Below are positions 19,346 to 29,489 of a DNA stretch of 64,000 bases, piece by piece. The stretch is from Thermoanaerobaculia bacterium. Its GTDB lineage: Bacteria > Acidobacteriota > Thermoanaerobaculia > Multivoradales > Multivoraceae. The notes beneath the pieces are model-generated. The model was not told the origin of the DNA. It was given only the letters and a program-made list of their open reading frames with translations, and searched no databases. Numbering within the stretch: the first letter of the stretch is position 1; every line of letters begins with the position of its first letter. The stretch covers positions 1,089,450 through 1,153,449 of the forward strand of contig OZ220482.1 of assembly GCA_965116145.1 (NCBI GenBank), in the 5' to 3' direction. Made by a program: the position numbers and the translations under genes.

Positions 19346-22173
19346 GGCGCGTCTCCGTCGTCCTCGCCGGCGGGCTCGGTCAACGACCGCTCCAGCGCCG
19401 CCGACTGCTCCCTCCGCAGTCGATCCAGCTCGCGGTCGAAGTAGACCCTGCCGTCCACCAAGGTGGTCTCGACCACGGCGTACGAACTGAGCGGATGCCG
19501 GTCATAGATGACGAGGTCGGCGTCCTTGCCGACCTCGATCGAACCGACGCGGTCGGCGATGCCCAGTTGGCGGGCAGGATTGATCGTCACCATGGCCAGC
19601 GCCTCGTCGTCGGACAGGCCGCCCCACTTGACCGCCTTGGCCGCCTCGTGGTTCAGGTGACGCATCTCCTCGGCGTCGTCCGAGTTGATCGAGACGACCA
19701 CGCCCCGATCCGCCATCAGCGCCGCGTTGTGGGGAATCGCCTCGTAGGCCTCCACCTTGTAGGCCCACCAGTCGGAGAAGGTCGAGGCGCCGGCGCCGTG
19801 GGCCGCGATCTCGTCCGCCACGCGGTATCCCTCCAGCACATGCTGCAGGGTGGCGATCCGGAATCCGAGCTCCTCGGCCAGCCGCAGCAACTGGAGGATC
19901 TCGTCGGCGCGATAGCAGTGGGCGTGGACCAGGCGCTCGCCCTCCAGGATCTCGACCAGGGCCTCAAGTTCGAGATCCCGCACCGGCGGGCGGCTGCGTT
20001 CGCCGGCGGCCGCCGCCTCGCGATGGCGCGCCCACCCTGCGCGATACTCCTCGGCCTCCGTGAACGCCTCCCGGATGACGTCGAGGACGCCCATCCGGGT
20101 CGCCGGATAGCGGCGCGGACCCGGGCCGAAGCTCCGCGAACGCTTCGGGTTCTCGCCGAGCGCGAACTTGATGCCGGGCGGCGCGCCCCGGAAGAGCATG
20201 CCGTCGGCGTCCTGGCCCCAGCGCAGCTTAAGCACCCGGTTCTGGCCGCCGATCGGGTTGGCACTGCCGTGGAGGACGTTGATCGTCGTCACGCCGCCGG
20301 CCAGCGCACGGTAGATGGCGATGTCGGTCGGATCGACGACATCCCCGATCCGAACCATCGCGGTGACCGCCAGGCTGCCCTCGTTGACGCTGCCCTCGAC
20401 CGCGATGTGCGAGTGAGCATCGACGATGCCCGGAAGGACGTAGCTGCCCTGGGCGTCGATCACATGGGCGGCCCGGGGCGGACGGACGCCGCTGCCGATC
20501 CGCGCGATCCGGCCGTCCCGCACGACCACCGTGCCGTTCTCGATCGTCTCGCCGGCCATCGTCAGGACGGTGGCGCCGGTGATCGCCAGCACGTCGTCGT
20601 CGCGGTAGGGCCCGGTCATCGGCACCATGTCCCCGCCGGCGGCCGCGGCATAGCGCTCCGCGACTTCGGCCAGCCGCATCGGAGCGGGCGCTTCGCTCGC
20701 GGCGCCGCGCCGGCCGCCCGGCCCGCCGGGACCGCGCCGCGGACGCTCCTCGTCCGGTTCCTCGGCCGACCGGGTTTCCCCGGCGTCCTCGCCGGCGGCG
20801 CCGTCATCGCCGTCTTCATCGGCGTCCTCGCCATCGGCCGCCACGTAGCGAACCCCGTCGATGAACACCGAATCCACCCGCACCGACTCCTGCCACGGGT
20901 AGCCGTCCGCCAGCACGAGGTCGGCCGCCCGGCCCACGGCCACCGTGCCGATCCGGTCGTCCAGGCCGTGAACCGCCGCCGCGTCCCGGGTCAGCGCGGT
21001 CAGCGCCCGCGCCGGCTCGAGGCCGCCGTCGATCGCCCGGCGAACGCCTGCCAGGACATCGTCCGCACTGTCCGCACCGCCGGAGCTCAGGGCGAACCGG
21101 ACGCCCGCCGCCGCCAGCTCGGCCGGCGTCGTCGGCGCCAGACGTTCGTGGAGGATTTCGCGCAGCGGCCGGTCCGCATCCGGATCCCGTTCCGGCTCCG
21201 GCGGCGGCGCCGGCCAGTCGACATCCACCAGCACCGTCACCCCGGCAGCGGCAAGATCGTCGGCCAGACGATAGCCCTCCTGGGCGCCGTAGATCGTGAC
21301 GTCGAGGCCGAGCTCCGCGCCGAGCCGGAGGGCCCGGGCGATCGAGGCGGCGCTCGATCCCGGCAGGAGGATCCGCTCCTCGCCGGCCGCGACGGTCGCC
21401 AGCGGCGCCAGGGTCCGGTCGAACTCGGGACGCCGCCAGCCGGCGGGGTCGGCCTCCCAGGCGGCAACCGCGGCCGCATGGTGGCCGGCGTCGAGGAGAA
21501 CCTGCCGGAAGTAGGCGATCTTGCCCATCAGCGAACCCGGGTAGGAGCCGAAGCCGCCGCCTCCGCCGAAGGACGCTGTCTGGGCCAGTTCCGGGGCCAC
21601 CACCTGATGCTCCGGGTCGCGTCCGGGGGCGCCCAGCCGGATCAGGGACAGTCGGCCCGGGAACAGGCCGTCGCCAGGCTTCGCCGCCACCGAGGTGAAG
21701 CCGGCGCCGCGCCAGGTTCCGACCGCCTTGTCGTCGAGCGTCAGGTCATCGGCGGCTCGTCTCCAGGGTGTTGTCAGCGGACGGTCCTCCGGGCCGCGCG
21801 GCAGGGTCCGTTCAGAGTCCGGCCCACGCCGCTGGCCGCCGGGCGACCGGGCGGCCGCCTGCGGACCGCCGGCACGCCGACGCGGCCCCGGCAGGTCGCC
21901 CAGCGCGTCGATCAGACCCGGATAGACCGTCAGCCCCTCACCGTCGATGACCCAGGCGTGAGCCGGAATCGCCGCGCCCTCCGCCACGGCCGTGATCGTC
22001 CCGTTCTCGAAGATCACGTTCGCGCGTTCGAGAACCGATCCGTCGCCGACCTCGACCCGCACGTTCTCGATCGCGTAGAAGGGAGGCGGCGCCGGCGGCG
22101 GACCAGCCAGCAGAGGACTGGCGGCAAGCAGCAGCGCGAGAGCCGGCGACGGACGTGCGGTACTGGTCCTCAT
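19342..22173 (-). CDS. Secreted tandem-domain amidohydrolase
   Basis: Two amidohydrolase domains. The first has PGLIDALG (no HxH); the second has PGIVDAHSH, KFALGEN, HCY, QH and INSD. Start at MRTSTA, since the longer ORF start lies inside a MITE. Confidence 0.9.
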   Translation of the reverse strand: MRTSTARPSPALALLLAASPLLAGPPPAPPPFYAIENVRVEVGDGSVLERANVIFENGTITAVAEGAAIPAHAWVIDGEGLTVYPGLIDALGDLPGPRRRAGGPQAAARSPGGQRRGPDSERTLPRGPEDRPLTTPWRRAADDLTLDDKAVGTWRGAGFTSVAAKPGDGLFPGRLSLIRLGAPGRDPEHQVVAPELAQTASFGGGGGFGSYPGSLMGKIAYFRQVLLDAGHHAAAVAAWEADPAGWRRPEFDRTLAPLATVAAGEERILLPGSSAASIARALRLGAELGLDVTIYGAQEGYRLADDLAAAGVTVLVDVDWPAPPPEPERDPDADRPLREILHERLAPTTPAELAAAGVRFALSSGGADSADDVLAGVRRAIDGGLEPARALTALTRDAAAVHGLDDRIGTVAVGRAADLVLADGYPWQESVRVDSVFIDGVRYVAADGEDADEDGDDGAAGEDAGETRSAEEPDEERPRRGPGGPGGRRGAASEAPAPMRLAEVAERYAAAAGGDMVPMTGPYRDDDVLAITGATVLTMAGETIENGTVVVRDGRIARIGSGVRPPRAAHVIDAQGSYVLPGIVDAHSHIAVEGSVNEGSLAVTAMVRIGDVVDPTDIAIYRALAGGVTTINVLHGSANPIGGQNRVLKLRWGQDADGMLFRGAPPGIKFALGENPKRSRSFGPGPRRYPATRMGVLDVIREAFTEAEEYRAGWARHREAAAAGERSRPPVRDLELEALVEILEGERLVHAHCYRADEILQLLRLAEELGFRIATLQHVLEGYRVADEIAAHGAGASTFSDWWAYKVEAYEAIPHNAALMADRGVVVSINSDDAEEMRHLNHEAAKAVKWGGLSDDEALAMVTINPARQLGIADRVGSIEVGKDADLVIYDRHPLSSYAVVETTLVDGRVYFDRELDRLRREQSAALERSLTEPAGEDDGDAP

Positions 22174-22192
22174 CGCGGAACGCCGAAGCGTA

Positions 22193-22367
22193 GCAGCCCG
22201 TGGCAGAAGTCGCGGGTCGCACCGGGAGCGGTCAGGCGCCCGTCCGGCAAGGCGCGATAGCAAGGCGCGCTAGCTACGCATATTGGGGCATATGTGACCG
22301 AAGAGCAACGCGGCCGGGCGGGATGCCTGGCTCAAACGAATGCAGCGCGAGTTCTGCCACGGGCTGC
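22193..22367. mobile_element. MITE copy with internal duplication
   Basis: GCAGCCCGTGGCAGAAGT...GTTCTGCCACGGGCTGC ends, preceded by TA; internal CAAGGCGCG is duplicated. Confidence 0.82.
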
Positions 22368-22375
22368 CGGCACCT

Positions 22376-23044
22376 TCAGCCCTCCGGCAGCCCGTTGCGC
22401 GGGCACCACGCCGCCAGCGTGCAGGTGTCGCAGGCCGGGCGCCGCGCCGAACAGACCCGGCGCCCATGCCAGATGATCGCGTGGCCGGCGAAAATCCACT
22501 TCTCCTGCGGCAGCCGGCGCATCAGGCCGCGCTCGACCTTCACCGGATCGGTCTCGGCGGCAATGCCCAGGCGGCGCGCCAGACGCCCGACGTGAGTGTC
22601 GACGACGACGCCGACCGGCTTGCCGAACCAGGTGCCGAGCACCACGTTCGCGGTCTTGCGCGCGACGCCCGGCAGAGTGACCAGATCCTCCATCGTCGCC
22701 GGCACCTCGCCGCCGAATTCCTCGACGATCCTGCGCGCGGCGCCGAGCACGTTCTTCGTCTTGCTGCGGAAGAAGCCGGTGCTGCGGATCTCCTGCTCGA
22801 ACACCGCGGGATCCGCGCTGGCGAAGTCCTCGGCGGTCCGGTAGCGCCTGAACAGGTCCGCCGTCACCTGGTTGACCCGCTCATCCGTCGACTGGGCGGA
22901 GAGGATCGTCGCGATCAGGAGCTGCAGCGCATTCTCGTGGCGCAGTTCGCAGTCCGCGTCCGGGTACAGGCGCTCAAGCTCCGCCAGCACCTGGAAAAGC
23001 GCAGACTCGGAGATCGGCTCGAACGGACCCTCCGGTGCGACCAC
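22376..23044 (-). CDS. nth: Endonuclease III
   Basis: LLIATILSAQSTD, HhH LPGVARKTANVV, VDTH and C-x6-C-x2-C-x5-C Fe-S motif. Confidence 0.96.
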   Translation of the reverse strand: MVAPEGPFEPISESALFQVLAELERLYPDADCELRHENALQLLIATILSAQSTDERVNQVTADLFRRYRTAEDFASADPAVFEQEIRSTGFFRSKTKNVLGAARRIVEEFGGEVPATMEDLVTLPGVARKTANVVLGTWFGKPVGVVVDTHVGRLARRLGIAAETDPVKVERGLMRRLPQEKWIFAGHAIIWHGRRVCSARRPACDTCTLAAWCPRNGLPEG

Positions 23045-23050
23045 GGGCAG

Positions 23051-24406
23051 TCAGGGCTGCAGCAGGTCGAGCACCGCCAGGGTCATCGCCTCGACCCCCG
23101 CCCGGATCGCAGGTTCCGGCTCGATGCGGAAGAAGGGCGAGTGATGCGACGGTACCGGCGGGCCGCCGGCGGCTTCGACCTCGAGGTCGGCGGGCGACGT
23201 GCCGCCGACGGTGAAGTACGTCCCGGGCACTCCATGCCCGGTACGGACGAAGTAGGCGAAGTCCTCGGCGCCCATCCCCGACGGCGGCTCGCTGTGGAAC
23301 ACGTCCTCGCCCATGCCGCGGCCGATCGCGGCCTTCACCCGAGCGGCGAGCGACGGGTCGTTCACCGTGACCGGCGTCGATTCCCTGGTGCGGACCACCT
23401 TCGGCAGCAACGAGGCCGGCAACCCGGCCGCGCGGCCGACTCCGTCCGCCACCCGTTCGATCGCCTCGAGCAACTGCTCCCGCGTGTCCTCACTGTTCGC
23501 CCGCACGGTGAGCTGCAGCTCGACCCGGTCCGGGATGACGTTGTGCTTGAAACCGCCGTGGATCGAACCGACCGTGATGACGCCGGGATCGAGGGGGTCG
23601 AGCTCCCGACTGACGATGCCCTGGAGCGCCACGACGAGCTGCGCCGCCACGTAGATCGGGTCCCTGCCGCGATGGGGGGACGCCCCGTGCGCGCCGACCC
23701 CGAACACCGTGATGTCGACGCTGTCGGACGACGACGCGACCAGGCCCGGCGGCACGTCGATCCGGCCGGCCGGCCGGCCGGCGGAGACGTGGAACGCCAG
23801 GGCGTAGTCCGGCACGCCGAACCGTTCGTAGAGGCCGTCCTCGAGCATCTCGCGGGCGCCCATGATCCGCTCCTCGGCGGGCTGGCCGACGAACATCACC
23901 GTGCCCGACCAGCGATCGCGCATCGCCGCCAGCCGCCGGGCGACGCCGACCATCGAAGTGATGTGGACATCGTGCCCGCAGGCGTGCATGACCGGCACTT
24001 CCTCGCCGGAGAGATCGACCTGCCGGGCGGTCGAGGCGTAGGGCAGCTCCGATCCTTCCGCCACCGGCAATCCGTCCATGTCGGCCCGCACCAGGACCAG
24101 GGGACCGTCTCCGTTCTCCATCATGCCGACGATCCCGGTGCGGCCGATGCCCTCCGTCACCTCGACGCCCGACGTGCGCAGTTCGTCGGCCAGCCGCGCC
24201 GCCGTCTCGTGTTCGAGGAAGGAGAGCTCCGGGTGCCGATGGAAGTGCTCGAACAGGGCCCGCAGCTCGATCCGATAGTCGCGGGCTACCGCGTCGGAGA
24301 GGCTGTCCCCGGCAGAAGCGGCCGGTGCAGCCAGAGCCGCCATCGACAGCAGCAGGACGCCCTGCCGTCGTACCGGCATTCGCCAGACCTGATCGAACTG
24401 TCCCAT
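23051..24406 (-). CDS. M20D family amidohydrolase/peptidase (secreted)
   Basis: HRHPELSFLE, RADMDGLP, MHACGHDVH, QPAEE, MGAEDF and HHSP motifs; GGAGG upstream of ATG 24406. Confidence 0.92.
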   Translation of the reverse strand: MGQFDQVWRMPVRRQGVLLLSMAALAAPAASAGDSLSDAVARDYRIELRALFEHFHRHPELSFLEHETAARLADELRTSGVEVTEGIGRTGIVGMMENGDGPLVLVRADMDGLPVAEGSELPYASTARQVDLSGEEVPVMHACGHDVHITSMVGVARRLAAMRDRWSGTVMFVGQPAEERIMGAREMLEDGLYERFGVPDYALAFHVSAGRPAGRIDVPPGLVASSSDSVDITVFGVGAHGASPHRGRDPIYVAAQLVVALQGIVSRELDPLDPGVITVGSIHGGFKHNVIPDRVELQLTVRANSEDTREQLLEAIERVADGVGRAAGLPASLLPKVVRTRESTPVTVNDPSLAARVKAAIGRGMGEDVFHSEPPSGMGAEDFAYFVRTGHGVPGTYFTVGGTSPADLEVEAAGGPPVPSHHSPFFRIEPEPAIRAGVEAMTLAVLDLLQP

Positions 24407-24514
24407 GCGTCGTCCCCTCCAGTATGCAACTGCGGCCCGAGACGCGATCCTACGCGTCCGGACCCGAAACGCGGCGCGGCCGGTCGCCTCCACCAGGCCG
24501 CCGCGTGCACACCG

Positions 24515-25495
24515 TCAAGGCCTCCCGGCCAGGCGCCAGGAACAGTCGAGAGCGTGGCCGAGCGAATCCGTGAACGCCTTCCCCTGCCAGGCGATGTCGA
24601 AGGCGGTGCCGTGGTCCACCGAGGTGCGGACGATCGGCAGACCGATCGTCACGTTGACGCCGCGCTCGAAGCCGTGGAGCTTCATCGGCGCGTGGCCCTG
24701 GTCGTGGTACATGCAGACCACCGCGTCGTGGCGGTCGAGCCGGATCGCCTGCCGGAAGACGGTGTCGGCCGGATGCGGGCCCGACACGTCCAGGCCGTCC
24801 GCCGCCGCACGCTCGATCGTCGGACGGATGATGTCCTCGTCCTCGTCGCCGAACAGGCGGTTCTCGCCGGCGTGCGGGTTCAGTCCGCAGACCGCGATCC
24901 GGGGCCGTTCGACGAAGCGGGACAGGGCGGCGTGGGTCAGGTCGATCACCTTGCGAATCCGCACGGGCTCGACCCGCTCGATCGCCTCGCGCAGGCTGAC
25001 ATGGGCGCTGACGTGGGTTACCGCGAGCTCCGGCAGCATCAGCATCATCGAGACGTCGCCGACGCCGCACAGGCCGGCGATGAACTCGGTATGCCCGACG
25101 AAGTCCGGCCGCGACCTGCGCGCCGCCTCCTTGTTCAGCGGCAGGGTCACGACGCCGGCCACCCGGCCGGCGAGGGCGTCGCGTACGGCGTGCTCGACAC
25201 AGGCGATGGCGGCGGCGCCGGCTGCCGTGTCCAGGACGCCAGGCGTCACCTGTTCGGCGTCCAGCAGCCGAAGGTCACGGACGTTCAGACGTCCCTCCAC
25301 TGCCTCCTCCGGCGCCTCGACGCAGTGAAGCGGCGCCCGGACCTCGAGCTCCCGGGCGGCGCGGGCGAGCACGGCCGCATCGCCGTAGACCACGACGTCG
25401 CCGCCCAGGCGACCTTCCGCAAACCGGCGCACGGCGATCTCCGGGCCGACGCCCGAGGCATCGCCCATCGTCACCGCCATCACCCGCCGCGCCAT
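24515..25495 (-). CDS. pdxA: 4-hydroxythreonine-4-phosphate dehydrogenase (PdxA/PdxA2 family)
   Basis: AVTMGDASGVGPEI, GHTEF, GLNPHAGE, MYHDQG and RTSVDHGTAFDIA motifs. Confidence 0.93.
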   Translation of the reverse strand: MARRVMAVTMGDASGVGPEIAVRRFAEGRLGGDVVVYGDAAVLARAARELEVRAPLHCVEAPEEAVEGRLNVRDLRLLDAEQVTPGVLDTAAGAAAIACVEHAVRDALAGRVAGVVTLPLNKEAARRSRPDFVGHTEFIAGLCGVGDVSMMLMLPELAVTHVSAHVSLREAIERVEPVRIRKVIDLTHAALSRFVERPRIAVCGLNPHAGENRLFGDEDEDIIRPTIERAAADGLDVSGPHPADTVFRQAIRLDRHDAVVCMYHDQGHAPMKLHGFERGVNVTIGLPIVRTSVDHGTAFDIAWQGKAFTDSLGHALDCSWRLAGRP

Positions 25496-25813
25496 GCAGT
25501 GAATGTACTCTCGCCCCGCCGCCGGCCGGACCTCGGGGCCGCAGCTCTCGACGACCTCCTGCCGCCGTCGCGGATCGTCGGAGCGTGACGGCTTCCTCGA
25601 CGCGACTAGTAGTTCCTCGATGCGACTGGCAATGTCTGAGCGAACGCCCTTGACCACCCGCATCATCGCCCAGATTGCACCTGCCAAGGCACCAATCTCG
25701 ACGACTAAGAGTGCTGCTCCTGTGGTCCAGTCCACGTTGCACCCTGGTCAGGAGTCGGTGTCCACCGTCGATCTTGGCCAGCACCCTTCTCACCAGGAGG
25801 TCCGCTCGAGCGG

Positions 25814-26992
25814 TCAGGCGCCCAGGATGCGCAGTTCCCGCGGCGACGAGGTCAGGAGTTCGCAACCCTCGGCGGTGACCCGGACGTTGTCCTCGATCCT
25901 GACACCGCCCCAGCCTTCGAGGTAGAGACCCGGTTCCACCGTGAACACTGCCCCCTCCTCGACGATGTCCGTGTTGCCCGCCATCACGGACGGCGGTTCG
26001 TGGATCTCCAGACCGAGGCCGTGCCCGGTGCGATGGGTCATGAAGTCCTTGAAACGGCGGGTGTGGAGATTCGCCTGGCAGTTCTTGTGGACGTAGTCGT
26101 AGGTCACGCCCGGCCGCGAAGCCGCCACGCCCCGGATGTTCGCCTGCAGCACGGCCTCGTAGACCTCTCGCATCCGGTCCGTCGGCGAACCGCTGACCAC
26201 GAAGGTGCGCGTGATGTCGCAGTGATACCCGTCGAACGAGGTCCCGAAGTCGATCAGCAGGAACTCCCCTTCCTCCATCTTCCGCTCACCGGGCACGCCG
26301 TGGGGCAACGCACTCTTCGGACCGCTGAGGACGATCGGCCCGAACGAGATACCGCCGCCGCCGCGGCGCACGAGCTCGCTCGAGAGCTTGGCCGCGATCT
26401 CCCGCTCCGTGCGTCCGGGACGGACATCGCGCAGAGTGAACTCGAGCGCAGCCTCGGCGATCTTCGAGGCCTGCCGCATCGCCTTCACATCCTCGTCGCT
26501 CTTCTTCAGCCGCAGCTCGCTGACGATCGCGTCGGCACTTTCGAGCTTCGCCTTCGGCAACTCCCGCTGCAGGTGCTGGAACTCCATGTAGCGCAGGCCG
26601 AGCGGTTCCACCGCCACCCGCCTCGCCTTTCCGAGTCCGGCGAACGCCGCTGCGGCGGCCGCTTCCGGCCCGTCCGCGTCGTCCCAGAGATGCACGGACT
26701 CGACGGCCGGCGCCGCCCCGCGGAAGTTCGCCGCCTCGAGTGCCGGGACGACCGCCACTGCCGCGTCGGCGGTCGGCACGACCAGCAGGAACAGCCGTTC
26801 GTGACCGTCGAAGCGGCGGCCCAGAAGCCAGGTCATCGTCGCTCCCGGCGTCAGCACCACGGCGTCGACACCGGTAGCGGCCGCCGCCTGCCGCAACAGC
26901 TCGATCCGAACGGCATCCCGGCTTGCCGGCGCGCTCGCCTCTCCGTCTTCGGCGCCCTCCGCCAGCCTTGCTTCCACCGTGTCGTCGCTCAT
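25814..26992 (-). CDS. Xaa-Pro dipeptidase/aminopeptidase (M24B)
   Basis: LRLKKS, PHG, DFG..YHCDITRT, HRTGHGLGLEIHE, EPG and GVRIED motifs. Confidence 0.93.
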   Translation of the reverse strand: MSDDTVEARLAEGAEDGEASAPASRDAVRIELLRQAAAATGVDAVVLTPGATMTWLLGRRFDGHERLFLLVVPTADAAVAVVPALEAANFRGAAPAVESVHLWDDADGPEAAAAAAFAGLGKARRVAVEPLGLRYMEFQHLQRELPKAKLESADAIVSELRLKKSDEDVKAMRQASKIAEAALEFTLRDVRPGRTEREIAAKLSSELVRRGGGGISFGPIVLSGPKSALPHGVPGERKMEEGEFLLIDFGTSFDGYHCDITRTFVVSGSPTDRMREVYEAVLQANIRGVAASRPGVTYDYVHKNCQANLHTRRFKDFMTHRTGHGLGLEIHEPPSVMAGNTDIVEEGAVFTVEPGLYLEGWGGVRIEDNVRVTAEGCELLTSSPRELRILGA

Positions 26993-27153
26993 CGTGTCCT
27001 CGCCGCCCTTCCGGAGGTTGTCGCCTGACGGACAATCGCCAGCGAGTCGAAGGTCGTGGCGTTCATGGTTCGCAGCCTAACGCACAGCCCTGAGGACCGG
27101 GAACAACCCGCCCGAGCATCGTGCGCGATACAGCGCGATACAGTTCTCCGACC

Positions 27154-28350
27154 ATGGACACTTCGATCGGTTCCGAGTACGACTCCCTCCGCGAGGAGGT
27201 CCGCTCCTTCTTCACCGCCAACCGGGATGCCGCGGTTCCCGCCGGGCCCGGGTTCGGCGGCGATGCCTCGGAAGTGCGCCGGCGCGTCGTCGAGTGGCAG
27301 AACCGGCTGGTCGACGCCGGCTACGCCGGCCGAACCATTCCCAGGCAGTACGGCGGCGCCGGCCATGAGCCGGACCCGCTCGCCAGCCTGGTCATCGAAG
27401 AGGAGTTCCACGACGCCGGCTACTCCCTGGGCATGGAGAACCAGGGGATCAGCATGTTCGTCCCGACGCTCCTCCAATTCGGCCGCGAGGACCAGAAGCG
27501 GGAGCTGATCCCACCGACGATCCGGGGCGCGCTGATCTGGTGCCAGGGATACAGCGAGCCGGGCTCCGGTTCCGACCTCGCTTCGCTGCGCACCTCCGCC
27601 CGCCTCGACGGAGACGAGTACGTCATCAACGGCCAGAAGATCTGGACCAGCAGCGCCAACGAGGCCGACATGATGTTCGGCTTGGTGCGTACGGAGCAGG
27701 CCGCCGGGAAGCACGCGGGCATCAGCTACATCGTGCTCTCGATGAACACACCGGGCATCGAGGTCCGGCCGCTGATGACGATGACCGGCGACGCCTCCTT
27801 CAACGAGGTCTTCTTCACCGACGTCCGAGTCCCGGCGACGAACGTGATCGGTCGTCCCGGCCAGGGCTGGGAAGTCGGCACGTACACACTGCGCTTCGAG
27901 CGCAACATGCTGGGCCGGTCGAACGCGACGGAGAACTACTTCGCCGGCTGCGTCGACATCCTGCGCGAGACCGGGCTCATCGATTCGCCCGTCTACCGCG
28001 ACCGGCTGGCCCGGCTGGAGGGCCGGATGCTGGCGATGAAGTACCACCAGTTGCGGCTGCTCACGGATCGGCTGAAGCAACGTGACTCCGGGGCCGGCGG
28101 GCTGATCGTCAAGCTGAACAACTGCCAGTTGAACTACGACCTGTGCGGCCTGGCGATCGACGCGATGGCCGAGCGCGGTGTGCTCCGGCGCGGCTCGAAG
28201 CACGTCCGCGACCACGGCAACTGGCAACGCAACCACATGTACGCCCTCGGCCTGATCATCGGCGGCGGCACTGCCCAGATCCAGAAGAACATCATCGGAG
28301 AGCGGGGCCTGGGCCTGCCGCGGGAACCGAAGCCCGCGGCCACCGCCTGA
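27154..28350 (+). CDS. Acyl-CoA dehydrogenase (FadE/ChsE-like, likely catalytic subunit)
   Basis: WCQGYSEPGSGSDLASL, INGQKIWTS, FNEVFFTDV, LRFER and IGGGTAQIQKNII motifs. Confidence 0.93.
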   Translation: MDTSIGSEYDSLREEVRSFFTANRDAAVPAGPGFGGDASEVRRRVVEWQNRLVDAGYAGRTIPRQYGGAGHEPDPLASLVIEEEFHDAGYSLGMENQGISMFVPTLLQFGREDQKRELIPPTIRGALIWCQGYSEPGSGSDLASLRTSARLDGDEYVINGQKIWTSSANEADMMFGLVRTEQAAGKHAGISYIVLSMNTPGIEVRPLMTMTGDASFNEVFFTDVRVPATNVIGRPGQGWEVGTYTLRFERNMLGRSNATENYFAGCVDILRETGLIDSPVYRDRLARLEGRMLAMKYHQLRLLTDRLKQRDSGAGGLIVKLNNCQLNYDLCGLAIDAMAERGVLRRGSKHVRDHGNWQRNHMYALGLIIGGGTAQIQKNIIGERGLGLPREPKPAATA

Positions 28351-28387
28351 GTCCGCCGCGTCGCCATAACCGCACGAGGAGTCCGGC

Positions 28388-29446
28388 ATGGACTTTGGCC
28401 TGACGCAGCCGCAGGAGCTGCTCCGAGACACGATCGCCCGCTTTCTCGCACAGGATGTCGGCCTGGGACGCGTCCGCGCCGTCATGGACTCGGACTCGGG
28501 ACACGACGAGACGATTCACGGTCAGCTCGGCGACCAGGGAATCGCCGGCCTGCTGATCGGCATCGAGCGCGGCGGCGCGGGCCTCGGCCTGCAGGAAGCG
28601 GCGATCGCGGCCCAGGAGATCGGCCGCGCCGCAGCGCCGGTGAACTTCCACTCGGCCTACGTCCTCGCGCCGCTGCTGCTCGCGGGCGCGAACGGCAGCG
28701 ACCGCCGGAACGAACTGCTCGAGGGAATCGCGGCGGGAAGAACGCTGATCACCCCCATTCTCGACGCACCGATCTCGGACGGCCGCATCGACGGTTCGGT
28801 CGTCTACGTGCCGGACGCCGCCTGGTCCGATGCCTTCCTGCTGGAGTCGGACGGTGCGCTGCACCTGGTCGCCGCCGACTGCCCCGGCGTCTCCGTCGCG
28901 CCGCTGCAGACGATCGACGGCACCCGCCGCGTCGGCGAGGTCACATTCGAAGGCGTCGATCTCGACGCCGCAGGCGCCGCGGAGAGCCTCGGCGGCAGCA
29001 ACGGCTTGACCCGGCGCGCGCTCTGCGCAGCCCGCACCGCCCTCGCCGCCGATGCCTTGGGCGCCGCCCAGGAAGGCCTCCGCATCGCCGTCGACTACGC
29101 CCGGGAACGCCGGCAGTTCGACCGCATCATCGGTTCGTTCCAGGCGGTCAAGCACATGTGCGCCGAGGTTCTGGCCGAGGTCGAGCCGGTGCAGGCCCTG
29201 CTCTGGCACACCGCCGACGCCTGGGACCGGAAGTCCGACGAGATCGACCATCTCGCCTCCCTGCTCAAGGCCCACGCCACGGAGGCGGCAACGAACGCCG
29301 TCACCACGACGACTCAGGTGTTCGGCGGCATCGGCTTCACCCACGAGTGCGACATGCACATCTTCTACAAGCGCGTCGGCTACGACCGCCAGATACTGGG
29401 CAACCCGACCGCACTCCGCGAGCAGGCGGCCGCCCGCTACGCCTGA
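28388..29446 (+). CDS. Acyl-CoA dehydrogenase, short partner subunit
   Basis: MDFGLT, YARERRQFDRIIGSFQAVKH and QVFGGIGFTHE motifs; lacks the N-terminal FAD/SEP motif. Confidence 0.9.
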   Translation: MDFGLTQPQELLRDTIARFLAQDVGLGRVRAVMDSDSGHDETIHGQLGDQGIAGLLIGIERGGAGLGLQEAAIAAQEIGRAAAPVNFHSAYVLAPLLLAGANGSDRRNELLEGIAAGRTLITPILDAPISDGRIDGSVVYVPDAAWSDAFLLESDGALHLVAADCPGVSVAPLQTIDGTRRVGEVTFEGVDLDAAGAAESLGGSNGLTRRALCAARTALAADALGAAQEGLRIAVDYARERRQFDRIIGSFQAVKHMCAEVLAEVEPVQALLWHTADAWDRKSDEIDHLASLLKAHATEAATNAVTTTTQVFGGIGFTHECDMHIFYKRVGYDRQILGNPTALREQAAARYA

Positions 29447-29489
29447 AGGCCGGCAGTCGGGGGAGGCGGCTGCCGAGGTCCGTGGCCGC

